The notes beneath the pieces are model-generated. The model saw only the letters and a list, made by a program, of their open reading frames with translations, ran no database searches and was not told the DNA's origin. A DNA stretch of 64,000 bases from an uncultured Candidatus Bathyarchaeia archaeon. Lineage in GTDB: Archaea; Thermoproteota; Bathyarchaeia; Bathyarchaeales; Bathyarchaeaceae. Of the stretch, positions 11,262 to 21,177 are shown piece after piece. Position 1 is the stretch's first letter. Each line of letters begins with the position of its first letter. The stretch lies in the NCBI GenBank assembly GCA_964399485.1, contig CAYNQS010000002.1, forward strand, positions 110,796-174,795. Reading direction: 5' to 3'. Position numbers and translations under genes: made by a program.

Positions 11262-11815
11262 TCAGGTTTTGCCTCCTTGTATGCTTCTTTTATTACTCCC
11301 ATGTTTTTTTCTGCTAGTGGACCTGGAAAACGCTCTTTCAAGGCTTGCTCTATGTTTTCCATTTTAACTATCTCTGTTGCACGGGCGACTGCTCCCAGCA
11401 TGGCTGTGTTGGTGATTAATCTTCCAAGAATCCTCATGGCTATGTCGGTGGCGGGAACTGTCCAAACTGTTCCCTCCGTCATTTTCAGTTCTTCCTTAAG
11501 TTTTTTTGGTTCTTTGGTCGTGTTTACTATGAGAATTCCTTTTTCGCCTAAACCATCTGCTACCGGAACGGTTGCCAGAAGGGTTGGGTCCATAACTACT
11601 GCAAGATCTGGGTTATAGACTGCACAATGTAGGTTTATTGGTTCGTCGCTGATTCGCGTGTAAGCCTTTACTGGTGCCCCCATTCTTTCAGGACCGAATT
11701 CCGGAAAGGATTGTATGTATTTTCCTTCGTGGATTGCAGCTCGCGCCAGAAGCTCGCTTGCTGTCCATGCTCCTTGACCGCCTCGTCCGTGCCATCTAAA
11801 CTCTTTGAGGGTCAA
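11258..11815 (-). CDS. porC: Oxidoreductase gamma subunit
   Basis: EFRWHGRGGQG, FPEFGPERMGAPV, NTAMLGA; TTG start 11815 after GGAGG. Confidence 0.93.
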   Translation of the reverse strand: MTLKEFRWHGRGGQGAWTASELLARAAIHEGKYIQSFPEFGPERMGAPVKAYTRISDEPINLHCAVYNPDLAVVMDPTLLATVPVADGLGEKGILIVNTTKEPKKLKEELKMTEGTVWTVPATDIAMRILGRLITNTAMLGAVARATEIVKMENIEQALKERFPGPLAEKNMGVIKEAYKEAKPE

Positions 11816-12000
11816 TAAACTTCCTCCAAACAGCGTCTCACGTACACAAGTTAGGACATACAAGTTGTCGCCATTCTTAAAGATTTAGGGAAAAAAATGC
11901 TTCTGAAGGAGGTTTGTGTGAAAAAATATAAGAAGCTATAGAGCAATCTAAAATTTAATCCATAATGGATGTTGTTTACGATAGATTGAGGGAATGAGCT

Positions 12001-12339
12001 TTGGCTAAGAAAGGAGCAAAACGTGGAGAGGAGACAACCCAAACCGAGAATGTTGTTTTCATCGGCAGAAAACCGGTGATGAACTATGTGACTGCCTGTA
12101 TAACCTTCTTCAACAGCGGCGAAAAGCAGGTGACTGTTAAGGCAAGGGGAAGAGCAATCTGCAGGGCAATTGACACTGTGGAGTTGCTTCGCCGCGCCTT
12201 CATCAAAGATTTGGAAATTAAAAGTATTGATATAAACACTGAAGAATTGTTTAGAGCTGAAGGCGGACAAAAATCAAATATCTCAACAATCGAAATAACC
12301 GTCACCAAAGCCAAAACCAAAAAACCACAAGAAGAATAA
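12001..12339 (+). CDS. albA: DNA/RNA-binding protein Alba
   Basis: VFIGRKPVMNYV, KARGRAI.RAIDTVE, NISTIEI. Confidence 0.96.
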   Translation: MAKKGAKRGEETTQTENVVFIGRKPVMNYVTACITFFNSGEKQVTVKARGRAICRAIDTVELLRRAFIKDLEIKSIDINTEELFRAEGGQKSNISTIEITVTKAKTKKPQEE

Positions 12340-12471
12340 ACCCCCAAACATCCTAACCGCTCAGCCTTCATGCAAGATTTCTTTTTACTGCAGGCTATTA
12401 TGAGATTGCTTCAGGGAGCTCAGATATCTATAAAAATAGTGTGGTTTAATGAATTGTTGTTGGTGAACTGA

Positions 12472-13815
12472 TTGCCTGACTACCCTAAAATTGTTGTTCG
12501 CCCTCCGGGTCCGAAGGCTAGAGCAGTCGTTAAAGGGGACTCGGATGCGATCTCTCCCTCGTACACTCGCTATTACCCGCTGGTGATAGATTCTGGAAAC
12601 AACTGTATAGTGAAGGATGTGGACGGAAACGAATACATCGACTTCAACTCCGGAGTGGCATGCCTAAACGTGGGGCACCGCCACCCCAAAGTAGTCAAAG
12701 CAATAAAAAGCCAATGCGACAAATTTCTTCACTACGCCAACACAGACTTCTATTATCAGCAAACCGTGAATCTAGCCGAAAAACTGTTCCAAATAACCCC
12801 CGGAGCCTTCCAGAAGAAGGTACACTTCGGAAACAGCGGAGCAGAAGCCATAGAAACAGCCATAAAACTTTCAAAATGGCACACCCGCAAACATCAATTC
12901 ATCGCCTTCACCGGAGCATTTCATGGCAGAACATGCGGCGCCACAGCCCTTACAGCCAGCAAGCCAATCCAGAGAAGACACTACTTTCCGTTGCTTCCGG
13001 GAATAACCCATGTGCCCTACCCATACTGTTATCGCTGCCCCTTCGGCTTGTCTTATCCCGAATGCAGCTACAGATGCGTAGACTTCATAGACGAGCAGGT
13101 TCTGCAGAAGTACTTGCCCCCAGAAGAGGTTGCGGGCTTCGTGTTCGAGTCTATTCAGGGCGAAGGCGGGTACGTGGTTCCCCCTCCCGAATACTTCCAG
13201 CGCCTCAAAAAACTGGCAGACAAATATGGCTTACTGCTAATCGCAGACGAGATTCAATCAGGCATGGGAAGAACAGGAAAATGGTTCGCCATCGAGCACT
13301 GGAAAACAGAACCTGACATCGTTTGCGTAGCCAAATCCTTAGCCTCAGGATTGCCCCTAAGCGCAACAGTGGCTCGTGCTCGGCTGATGGACTGGGAGGT
13401 TGGTTCCCACGCCAGCACTTTTGGAGGAAATCCGTTAGCCTGTGCAGCGGCTGAGACTGTGATTGAGGTAATCAAGGAGGAGAAGCTTCTTGAGAACGCT
13501 GAGAAGCAGGGCGGCTATATCCTGAAGTGGCTGAGAGATGTGAAGCAGGAACAGGAAATCGTGGGGGATGTTCGAGGCAAGGGGTTGATGATTGGTGTCG
13601 AGTTTGTGGAGGACAAGGAAACCAAAAAGGCTGGGGCAGATCAGGCTAGAGAAGTGATGATTCGCTGCTGGAGAAGAGGAGTAGCCATCATAACCTGTGG
13701 CGTTTCCACCCTCAGATTGATTCCGCCTTTAACCATAACCAGAGAACTGGTGGACAAAAGCCTAGAAATAATCGGAGACGTTATCAAAGAAGTCGAAAAA
13801 GAATCCACTGCGTGA
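12472..13815 (+). CDS. Class III PLP aminotransferase (GabT/ArgD-like)
   Basis: DVDGNEYIDF, NSGAEA, AFHGRT, ESIQGEGG, DEIQSGMGRTG, AKSLASG, STFGGN. Confidence 0.9.
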   Translation: MPDYPKIVVRPPGPKARAVVKGDSDAISPSYTRYYPLVIDSGNNCIVKDVDGNEYIDFNSGVACLNVGHRHPKVVKAIKSQCDKFLHYANTDFYYQQTVNLAEKLFQITPGAFQKKVHFGNSGAEAIETAIKLSKWHTRKHQFIAFTGAFHGRTCGATALTASKPIQRRHYFPLLPGITHVPYPYCYRCPFGLSYPECSYRCVDFIDEQVLQKYLPPEEVAGFVFESIQGEGGYVVPPPEYFQRLKKLADKYGLLLIADEIQSGMGRTGKWFAIEHWKTEPDIVCVAKSLASGLPLSATVARARLMDWEVGSHASTFGGNPLACAAAETVIEVIKEEKLLENAEKQGGYILKWLRDVKQEQEIVGDVRGKGLMIGVEFVEDKETKKAGADQAREVMIRCWRRGVAIITCGVSTLRLIPPLTITRELVDKSLEIIGDVIKEVEKESTA

Positions 13816-13818
13816 AAG

Positions 13819-14334
13819 CTACTTTTCTGGCTGTTTTATGACCTTTATGCTTCCCCGCTGCCCCAAATGCAATTCCGGCTTTCCATCCAATCCTTCCCGC
13901 ACGTATCCATGTGAGACTCTAACCGTTTGTCCCCCCTGAATCTTTTCACCCTCAACCAACTCCACTTTGTCGTCCCACAAAACCACCCTCAGAGTTCCGC
14001 TCTCATCGGAAACAACAAGGCTGGCAAGCTTTCCCTCTGTCCAGTCTCGGCGCGTAAAGGTTTTGGAGGGATAAACGGCGACCACTTGCCCAGTCACAGT
14101 CACATCATTCAGTCCCGAAACAAGGTCCTGAATCTGAATTTTGAGCCGAAAAGGCTTCTTAACGATCTCCACCCCCAACTCCGAAGCGGCAATCCGCGCC
14201 GCGGTTTCATCGGTCAGAAAATTGCCTGCGTCCCTCTTTTTCTGTTCAATCAGTTCCAGAATTTCTTTGCGGTTAAGGTCAGAACGGGACGACAGTATTC
14301 GATTAACGATTTCCTCTAAACTCGTCTTGCTCAT
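13819..14334 (-). CDS. Single OB-fold ssDNA-binding protein (RPA/SSB-like)
   Basis: N-terminal helical domain plus OB fold (DESGTLRVVLWD, GYVREG..G.PELH.G). Confidence 0.85.
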   Translation of the reverse strand: MSKTSLEEIVNRILSSRSDLNRKEILELIEQKKRDAGNFLTDETAARIAASELGVEIVKKPFRLKIQIQDLVSGLNDVTVTGQVVAVYPSKTFTRRDWTEGKLASLVVSDESGTLRVVLWDDKVELVEGEKIQGGQTVRVSHGYVREGLDGKPELHLGQRGSIKVIKQPEK

Positions 14335-14503
14335 CTGTTTTTATTCCTCTTACATATTGAACTCGCAGTGCCGAGTTTTCTTTTGACTATGGGTTTGGAT
14401 GCTGAGCCGTTTGCTTTCTGGTCGAGTATATTGTCTACTGCCTTAATTGTTCTTTTGTCGATCTTCCTTGTATTGCAAAAAGCGGGGTGTGCTAAAAAGA
14501 AAG

Positions 14504-14629
14504 CTATTGTTCTTCTTCGACGCTTTTCTCTTTGCCGTAAACCAAATACAGGAAGCCAAGTACCAAAGCTATGAAAATCAAAACTGTTAAAATGAGGATT
14601 ATCCAGCCAAAGTAGTCATTCGGGGTCAT
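14504..14629 (-). CDS. 41-aa single-pass membrane protein (not in ORF track)
   Basis: MTPNDYFGWIILILTVLIFIALVLGFLYLVYGKEKSVEEEQ with AGGAG upstream. Confidence 0.6.
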   Translation of the reverse strand: MTPNDYFGWIILILTVLIFIALVLGFLYLVYGKEKSVEEEQ

Positions 14630-14669
14630 CTAAATCTCTCCTTGATCCTATTATTTGAATGTGATATAT

Positions 14670-15080
14670 TTAAGGTGTAACCTTTTTCCACTCTTCTAGG
14701 AGGCAGTCGTAGAGTCTATCCTCTCCCTCAACCTTGTCGTACAGCTCCAAAGCATCCGCTAATTTCTGGGCGATAAGGTGGTAACAGATGTTTGTCTCCC
14801 TGTCCATGACGCGGAAATAGAAATCGTCACAGGAACAGAAACCCGCGGCTGGCATAATCTGATATTCCCTTTTTCTGCCCACAACTATCCAGACAACCCT
14901 GCCGCTGGGACTGAAAACATACTTTTTCACTCGCTTCTCCTTCAGGGTCTCCCACGCCTTAGTGAACCGTGAACCAAACGCCTCTGAAAGCTGAGTTAAG
15001 TGGTTATCCGTTAACTCTCCCTTGGTTTTCGCTTCCTCGCAAACTTTTTCGAGCACCTTGATTTCTTTGGGCACTTTCAC
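14670..15080 (-). CDS. SWIM zinc-finger protein
   Basis: CSCDDF...CYH SWIM pattern, WIVVG motif. Confidence 0.85.
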   Translation of the reverse strand: MKVPKEIKVLEKVCEEAKTKGELTDNHLTQLSEAFGSRFTKAWETLKEKRVKKYVFSPSGRVVWIVVGRKREYQIMPAAGFCSCDDFYFRVMDRETNICYHLIAQKLADALELYDKVEGEDRLYDCLLEEWKKVTP

Positions 15081-15160
15081 CGTTTATCTTTCCTTCAGAG
15101 TGCTATGGACTTCTTGGGAAGTGTTTGCGTTTCAACAGCGGAGGTCACAGCCGTTTTTGG

Positions 15161-15787
15161 TTACTCGATTTTTATCTGTTCTCCGCTGGGCTTCTTTTTT
15201 TCTCCGATTTTGGATACTGTGACTTCTAGCACACCATTTTTGTATGAGGTTTTAGCTTTCTTGGGGTCAATTTTCGCTGGCATCTCAATTTCTTTGAAGT
15301 ACTTGCGTTCAGGAGCCTCAACAGAAATCGTTAACTTGTTTTCTGCTCCATGCAGTTTGATGTCTTCTTTTGCGACGCCAGGCAATTCCACTATGATCTT
15401 TATCTCCCCGTTTGTGTCTATTATGTCCACAAGCGGTTCCCGTTCTTCTTTCACATCTAGGCATGGTCGATTGATGCCGCATTTTTCTGGGTCGCTTGAA
15501 GGCTTGACGTTGCCGAATTCCCTTATTTTCGGTTTTCCATCCGGTCCAATGGTCATGCTGTAGCCGTACACGAAGGGTCCCCACTCAGCACTTGTCGAGC
15601 CGTCAGGAAGCTTGCGTTCCCGCTTCAAATCTTCTGGGATGCGAGTTTTGAATTGGCTGAACTCTCGTTCCATCATCTCCTCCATTTCCTTCATCATCTC
15701 TTCGATGTCTCCGAAGAACCAGTTTCCAAAAAATGGCGTGCGCTTCCTTCTTTTTCTGTACCATTCAGGCAAGTCGTCCTCTGACAT
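15161..15787 (-). CDS. hsp20: Archaeal small heat-shock protein Hsp20
   Basis: GPFVYGYSMTIGPDGKP, REPLVD, ELPGV, YKNGVLEV. Confidence 0.94.
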   Translation of the reverse strand: MSEDDLPEWYRKRRKRTPFFGNWFFGDIEEMMKEMEEMMEREFSQFKTRIPEDLKRERKLPDGSTSAEWGPFVYGYSMTIGPDGKPKIREFGNVKPSSDPEKCGINRPCLDVKEEREPLVDIIDTNGEIKIIVELPGVAKEDIKLHGAENKLTISVEAPERKYFKEIEMPAKIDPKKAKTSYKNGVLEVTVSKIGEKKKPSGEQIKIE

Positions 15788-15873
15788 TCTCTCACCTTCG
15801 CAAGTACGTACGCCTAGAAATTCATTAAAACCTTTCTGAATTAGCCTTCTAACAACCTGCCGGTCCTCGCTGG

Positions 15874-16782
15874 TTAACTCAATGCTTTCAGCTGAGCCAC
15901 TGTTCCCATGAAGGTTCCGTCCAGAAGATAAACCTCCGCCTCATCCATGTTTACGCAGCCGGAACGCAAAATTGGACCAATAAACGCTCCGCTCTTCTTT
16001 TTTCCTCTCTTTCTCTCGTTGATGGGTCTGCCTCCAAGAAACTGGTTGAAGGAGGGCATTATGAAAAGCTGCGAAACCTTAACTTTCACCTTATACTGCT
16101 CCTCAAGAACCGCAGAAAGATTGTCGCCATCTTTTTTGGCACCCAAACGGTTAAGAAGACTCCCCGCTAGCTGCATTCCGTCACATGACGCCTTGACCAG
16201 AACCTGCCTCGTCATCCTGAAACCCATGGGGTCGCGGATAAGCACTGTGGGGTGAACGTGACCTGAAATTAGGCTTCTGCATTCTAGCAGTTCTGGCGCT
16301 GGCCATGCGTGCCCATGGAATAGTCCGACATCTCCGAAGCTGACTCCTGTTGGAGGGATGATTTTCACGTTTTCGGGGAGGAGGGGTTCAAGGTTTCCAT
16401 CGTGGTTTCCCAAAACGACTTGCAGGTCTGGAACCCTTTTCTGTATCTCCTCGAAGAATTCTGGGATGTCCCGCCACTCTTCCATCTCCACCTTGGCGAT
16501 GGCGTCCTTTATGTCTCCCAGAAATATTACTTGTGTGGGGTTGCATTCTTTGATTAGCTTAAGCAGCATGTTTTTGATTTTTGGGGTTTGAGGGGGAACG
16601 TGGATTCCTCTCTTGCTTAGCAGTCTTTCCCAGCCTATGTGAAGGTCAGCAACCACTAGGGCGCGGTCATGTTTCCTCTGCAGCATCAGGGCTGGATACG
16701 GCTGTATCGGCTTTATCTGCGTCAAGTTACCACACATAACTCTCTGGTTTTCTCTGTTAAAAACTGGACTGCCCGCCGTCAC
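15874..16782 (-). CDS. Calcineurin-like metallophosphoesterase
   Basis: DLHIG, LGD, GNHD, HGH, GHVHP, MPSFN; true start probably ~50 nt inside the ORF. Confidence 0.88.
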   Translation of the reverse strand: MTAGSPVFNRENQRVMCGNLTQIKPIQPYPALMLQRKHDRALVVADLHIGWERLLSKRGIHVPPQTPKIKNMLLKLIKECNPTQVIFLGDIKDAIAKVEMEEWRDIPEFFEEIQKRVPDLQVVLGNHDGNLEPLLPENVKIIPPTGVSFGDVGLFHGHAWPAPELLECRSLISGHVHPTVLIRDPMGFRMTRQVLVKASCDGMQLAGSLLNRLGAKKDGDNLSAVLEEQYKVKVKVSQLFIMPSFNQFLGGRPINERKRGKKKSGAFIGPILRSGCVNMDEAEVYLLDGTFMGTVAQLKALS

Positions 16783-17597
16783 CTGTTTAATGCCTCTTGG
16801 ATGGCTTCGTAGATTCTCCTGTTAGCTGCAGCGATGAAGGACACTCTTTGGGTGGGCGTTAAGGGAACGTTAAGCTCTTCCCCTTCCGGCGAGACCATGA
16901 TTCCGCCTGCCTCGCAGAGTATGAGATAGGAGGCTGCCATGTCTGTTACCCGCAGTTTTCCGCGGATGTCGATGAAGGCGTCTGTGGAGGCGTCTGCGAC
17001 GTAGCAGATGTCTAGGGCATTGGCTCCGAAGTGACGGAAATGTTTTCCCCTCTTGAATAAGCCTTTCAGTCTGGTTACCAGCTCCTCTATCTTGAAGGTG
17101 TTCAAGTCAACGCCGATAAGCGCCTCTTCCAAGTCAGACGTTTCAGAGGTCTTGATTCTTTCACCGTTTTTGAAGGCGCCCCCATTCTTCTGGGCAGTGT
17201 AGGTTATGCCATGTATGACGTCGGTTACGATTGCTGTTTCCACGTTCCTAAGCCACGGTTCCCTAGAAACCGCAATAACCGTAGCGCTGAAGGGTAATCC
17301 TCGGACAGCGTTGGTTGTGCCGTCCACGGGGTCTGTAGTAACATAGTACTCGGAGGGTCCAAAACCAATCTTTTTTGTTCCAGCCTCTTCGCTGACAAGC
17401 ATACACGATATTTCATGCTTGTTTAGGCAGTCTATCAGCGCCTTCTCCGCAGCCAAATCGATTCTCTTTGAAATGTCGCCGCCTGCTCCAACCCCGAAAC
17501 CGACAGCGGCTTTCGGCGAGCCATAATATCTGAGGGCTGCTCTTCTCATCTTCTGTGAGCATTCCTGCAGTATTTCCATCCAGTCCATAGCTCTCAC
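16779..17597 (-). CDS. suhB: Inositol monophosphatase / FBPase class IV
   Basis: SEE, DPVDGTTN, GAN..D, D.AA...I..EAGG. Confidence 0.88.
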   Translation of the reverse strand: MRAMDWMEILQECSQKMRRAALRYYGSPKAAVGFGVGAGGDISKRIDLAAEKALIDCLNKHEISCMLVSEEAGTKKIGFGPSEYYVTTDPVDGTTNAVRGLPFSATVIAVSREPWLRNVETAIVTDVIHGITYTAQKNGGAFKNGERIKTSETSDLEEALIGVDLNTFKIEELVTRLKGLFKRGKHFRHFGANALDICYVADASTDAFIDIRGKLRVTDMAASYLILCEAGGIMVSPEGEELNVPLTPTQRVSFIAAANRRIYEAIQEALNR

Positions 17598-17696
17598 GTC
17601 ACACTTGGCTTTAGGGATAACTGCTTCATTAATCTTTTAAGCTCCAACGTAGGCGAAAAGACACTTAAGGAAGGTTTGATTTTCTGAAACAAAGGG

Positions 17697-17784
17697 GCGG
17701 GGGTCGCCGAGCTAGGTCAAAGGCGCAGGCTTCAGGAGCCTGTCCCGTAGGGGTTCGTGGGTTCGAATCCCACCCCCCGCACCA
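17697..17784 (+). tRNA. tRNA-Leu(CAG), intronless, CCA encoded
   Basis: GCGGGGG/CCCCCGC acceptor, CAGGC-TTCAGGA-GCCTG anticodon arm, long variable arm, GTGGG-TTCGAAT-CCCAC, ACCA. Confidence 0.97.
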
Positions 17785-17894
17785 TTTTGTGTGCGTAGCG
17801 GCAATCATATTAGGAGACTAATAAAGGTACATTGTTGAAAACAGTACTTTTTCTGGAAAACCAAGCAACAAAAATGAACTGTTACCTGCAGTCA

Positions 17895-19994
17895 TTACCG
17901 TCCCCAAAACATTCCGCCGCCGCCACCGACAGTCGTCACCATCCCTGAAATAGTGAAGGTGGTATTCTGGGTTCCCGGAGTGTAGGTTCCATCCTCATAT
18001 ATGCCGTATGAGATAGTGCCTGTGGATGTTCCTCCCAGATACACTACGTATGAACCAGTTGTAAGCTCAGGAGAAGAGAACGTTATCGCTTGATATGCCA
18101 TTGGGGGCTTGTATGTAAGAACTGTTTCGCCTGAAGCAGTCTGGATATTTACTAAAGTGTTAGCTGACCGCTCTGAGTTAAACTTAATGAGTACAGAATA
18201 TTGAGTAGATGATTCGCTTGGAGCCTCTGCCATAGCGGAGGTTCCTACCGCTACTAAAATTCCGCCATTGATTTTTAATGAGCCCTCAAAACCGTAATCT
18301 ATAGCAGCATCCATCATATCTGTTTCGCGCGATTCTGGACCGTTGATAATTACAATTCCGTCATTTATCTCAATGAGTCCATCTGTGTCAAGTCCATCCC
18401 CGCCTGAATCAACGTAAATGAAGCCGCCGTTAATGTAGATGAAGTCTTCAGGCACAAATCTGCCACCACCGCCGCCACCGCCTCCGCCGCCCCAACCTCC
18501 TCCAAATAAGTCTCCACCGCCTACTTGAATTCCGTCATCGCTTGAAACAATCTCAATATGTCCATTGTTGATGGTAATTGTTGTACTCTCAATTCCCTCA
18601 AAGGATTGTGATATATCGACTGTTCCGTTGTTGATTTCGATGGATGTGTCGGCGTGTATGCCGTCGTCTCCTGTGGCGAGGTGGTATATGCCGTTATTTA
18701 TGATTATTTTGTGATCTGAGTGAATTGCATCATCAGAAGAGCTGATGCTGAAATCTCCATCATCTATAATCATGAATACTCCTGCCTTCAGCCCTTTAGT
18801 GGATACGTTGTCATCTGGCCGTGCGTTGCTTCCGCCGCCGCTTGTCAACGTGAATGTTCCGCCAGTCACCAAAAGATCTGTTTGGGCACTAATAGCGTCC
18901 CCTTTGGTAGAAGTAACCTTTATCGTGCCGTCTTCAATAGAAACGTATCCTCTATCTTCTTCCTCAGTGTTATCCGATTTCAAGCCGTCGCCAACCGAGT
19001 TCACCGTGATGTTTCCGCCTTTAATCACCAAGTAATTTTTGCCCCTAACCCCGTCATCAACCGAAGTTACCTTAATGTTCCCGCTTTTGATGATAAGTCC
19101 GTCGTTGCTTCGAATAGCGTCGTTAGAGTTTCCGTATACTGTGAGCGATCCATTTCCGCAGATTGTAAGGTTGTCTCTACTAGAGAGTGTGCCGTTGTTT
19201 TCATTGTTCGCGTTGTCTGTTAGATAATTTTCTGTGTTGTCGGCGAGGATTATGACTGTCTTTACGGCATCTTCAACATAGATAGGGGCGTTTGTGGTGC
19301 TGCTGATGTCTACTCCGTTTAAAATAAGTTTCACAGTCTCTTCATCGTTGGTGTCTACGACTATCTGACCATTTTCCAAAGTGCCACTTATGCTGTAGGT
19401 GCCCGCAGAGGTGATGGTTAGTTTTGTTCCGATGATTCTGATGCCGTTTTCATTATCGACGCTGATGGAATCTGTATTCAGCGTTATTGTGGTGACGTTG
19501 GAGCTATCCCACGTATAATCTTCGTCCTCTTCATGGTCGTCTTCGTTGGGTTGTGGTGTGTCAGGTTTCGTAGTGTTTGAAGAGTCGCTGGTTGTGTCGT
19601 CAGATGAGTTATCTGGTTCGTCAGTTGAGTTGTCGGTGGTGTCTGTGGTGTCGCTTGTCGTGCTGTTAGTATTTGTGTTGTTTTCTGTTGGAGTTTCTGT
19701 GTCGCCGTTGGTGGTGGTGCTGTTGGTGCTTGTATTCTCTTCTGGTGTGTCTGTGCTGTTGCTTGTGGCACCTGGTTCTGTGTTATCGTTGTTTGTGCTG
19801 TTGGTGCTAGTGTTGTCTTCTGTTGTTCCCTCTGGGTTGTCGCCTGCCGTGCTGTTGTCGGGCGTAATGTTTTCGGGTGTAGTATTGGCACCTTCTTGAC
19901 CCCAGTTTAAATTGACGTATCCTACAACAATTAATAGTATACAAACAGCTCCGAGAAGAAGCATCAACTTTTGGTTTGCCATTTTTATGCCCAT
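17895..19994 (-). CDS. Membrane-anchored Cthe_2159-like (DUF4353) beta-helix carbohydrate-binding protein
   Basis: N-terminal TM, T/N/D/S low-complexity linker, ITSAGTYSISG, repeated I.GG.I.....DG(I/L) coils. Confidence 0.82.
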   Translation of the reverse strand: MGIKMANQKLMLLLGAVCILLIVVGYVNLNWGQEGANTTPENITPDNSTAGDNPEGTTEDNTSTNSTNNDNTEPGATSNSTDTPEENTSTNSTTTNGDTETPTENNTNTNSTTSDTTDTTDNSTDEPDNSSDDTTSDSSNTTKPDTPQPNEDDHEEDEDYTWDSSNVTTITLNTDSISVDNENGIRIIGTKLTITSAGTYSISGTLENGQIVVDTNDEETVKLILNGVDISSTTNAPIYVEDAVKTVIILADNTENYLTDNANNENNGTLSSRDNLTICGNGSLTVYGNSNDAIRSNDGLIIKSGNIKVTSVDDGVRGKNYLVIKGGNITVNSVGDGLKSDNTEEEDRGYVSIEDGTIKVTSTKGDAISAQTDLLVTGGTFTLTSGGGSNARPDDNVSTKGLKAGVFMIIDDGDFSISSSDDAIHSDHKIIINNGIYHLATGDDGIHADTSIEINNGTVDISQSFEGIESTTITINNGHIEIVSSDDGIQVGGGDLFGGGWGGGGGGGGGGRFVPEDFIYINGGFIYVDSGGDGLDTDGLIEINDGIVIINGPESRETDMMDAAIDYGFEGSLKINGGILVAVGTSAMAEAPSESSTQYSVLIKFNSERSANTLVNIQTASGETVLTYKPPMAYQAITFSSPELTTGSYVVYLGGTSTGTISYGIYEDGTYTPGTQNTTFTISGMVTTVGGGGGMFWGR

Positions 19995-20274
19995 AAGAAA
20001 CTCTATACAGACTATATAACCATTCTTCCAAATTTAGAACTTTCGATATTTTGATTGAAAACCGATGTTAATTTAATGCTAGATTTGAAAATTCAATAAC
20101 AAACGAAAATTGAAACAGAACGTTGGGCATTAACTGTGCCGAGTTACAGTAATTATTTATTTTTAAGTCTGTATTCTTAATTGATGCTTTATGATGGGCG
20201 TCGTCGAGAAACTCCAGAAATTGGGGTTCACAGAAATGGTAAAACAATCATGTTAGGAGCCTAGTATGAACTAA

Positions 20275-20973
20275 TCAGTTTTCGCAGAGCCTCTTGCTGG
20301 GCACTGAAAGAGACCGTTCATATTCGTAGATTACTCTCGAAGTCACAGTCCACGCTTCCAGCATCTCCGAGTCCACGCAGACAACCTCGTCCGCCAACCT
20401 GATTGTAGTTTCTGAGAAATGACCGTGGGGAAAGCCGCCGACAATCACTGCTGGCCTCCGCTTTGCCTGTAGGGTGGAAACTGCGTCTTGAATGGTTTTT
20501 GGTTTTCCTTCTCTGCTGAGGGCTAGGATATAGTCTGCTTCTGCCTCGGCAAGCAAAGTCTGTAATGTTTTGTGTTCCAGCTTAAGCAGCGTCTCTCCTG
20601 TGGATGGAACCTTTCCCTGATGGAATAGCTGTTCCATTAGTCCGATGAAGCGGTTGTAGTTTCTGGGCAGCCGAGTGGCGGGATTAACGGTGATGGCGTA
20701 GTCTTTATTGGTGTGAACGTAGGTTTGGAGCAGCCCTTCCTTGTTGAGGGGGGAGCCTAGGGCTTCCAGCAGGGCGAAATGGGTTATGTCTGGGCGCCCC
20801 CTCTTCAGGTTATCTTCTAGGCGCCTCATGGCTTGGTGATGCAGTGACCTGTCAAGAAGAAGCTGCGCTGGAGGTTTTCTCTGTCTTTTGGAATGGCACC
20901 TGATAGAGGGGTGACTCCACAAATCTTTGGGAACCGTCTCAAGAGCAGCCTCAGCCAACACAAGAATAAGCAC
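20275..20973 (-). CDS. nep1: 16S rRNA pseudouridine N1-methyltransferase Nep1/Emg1
   Basis: LAEAALETVP, LLDRSLH, RGRPDI.H, RLPRNY.RF.GL.EQL, GGFPHG. Confidence 0.95.
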   Translation of the reverse strand: MLILVLAEAALETVPKDLWSHPSIRCHSKRQRKPPAQLLLDRSLHHQAMRRLEDNLKRGRPDITHFALLEALGSPLNKEGLLQTYVHTNKDYAITVNPATRLPRNYNRFIGLMEQLFHQGKVPSTGETLLKLEHKTLQTLLAEAEADYILALSREGKPKTIQDAVSTLQAKRRPAVIVGGFPHGHFSETTIRLADEVVCVDSEMLEAWTVTSRVIYEYERSLSVPSKRLCEN

Positions 20974-21089
20974 ACATTATCCCTAACCTAGAAACGAAGT
21001 TTTCGGGTTAAAATTTGTTCCCCCCATTTACGGGACGACGGGAACGGTTAACGTCCAACGGTGGGCAAGACCTGAATGGACGGTTACCT

Positions 21090-21147
21090 GTATACACCTA
21101 CAAAAAGAAAGTGTGTATGATTAAAGAGGGGTATACACCAACAAAAA
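21090..21147. repeat. 17-bp direct repeat pair GTATACACC(T/A)ACAAAAA
   Basis: Copies at 21090-21106 and 21131-21147, one mismatch. Confidence 0.6.
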
Positions 21148-21177
21148 TGACTATGCACGTGCGTAGGCATCATAAAA

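Noticed and set aside
11949..11961. TAAAATTTAATCC matching the palindrome-family core
   Set aside because: Lacks the G/C arms and is positioned as the alba BRE/TATA box; the same caveat weakens the 21005 copy
12660..13316. 218-aa alternative-frame ORF
   Set aside because: Overlaps the aminotransferase; R/S/P-rich off-frame composition
19484..19899. Repetitive GTT/GTG/GTC-rich DNA and its alternative ORFs
   Set aside because: Explained by the T/N/D/S linker of the 17895-19994 protein; not a repeat array
17785..20274. Integrated mobile element at tRNA-Leu
   Set aside because: No integrase and no duplicated tRNA-Leu 3' end found, so not called as a mobile element
21090..21147. Possible mini-CRISPR
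   Set aside because: Only two 17-bp units, too short, and no cas genes in the window
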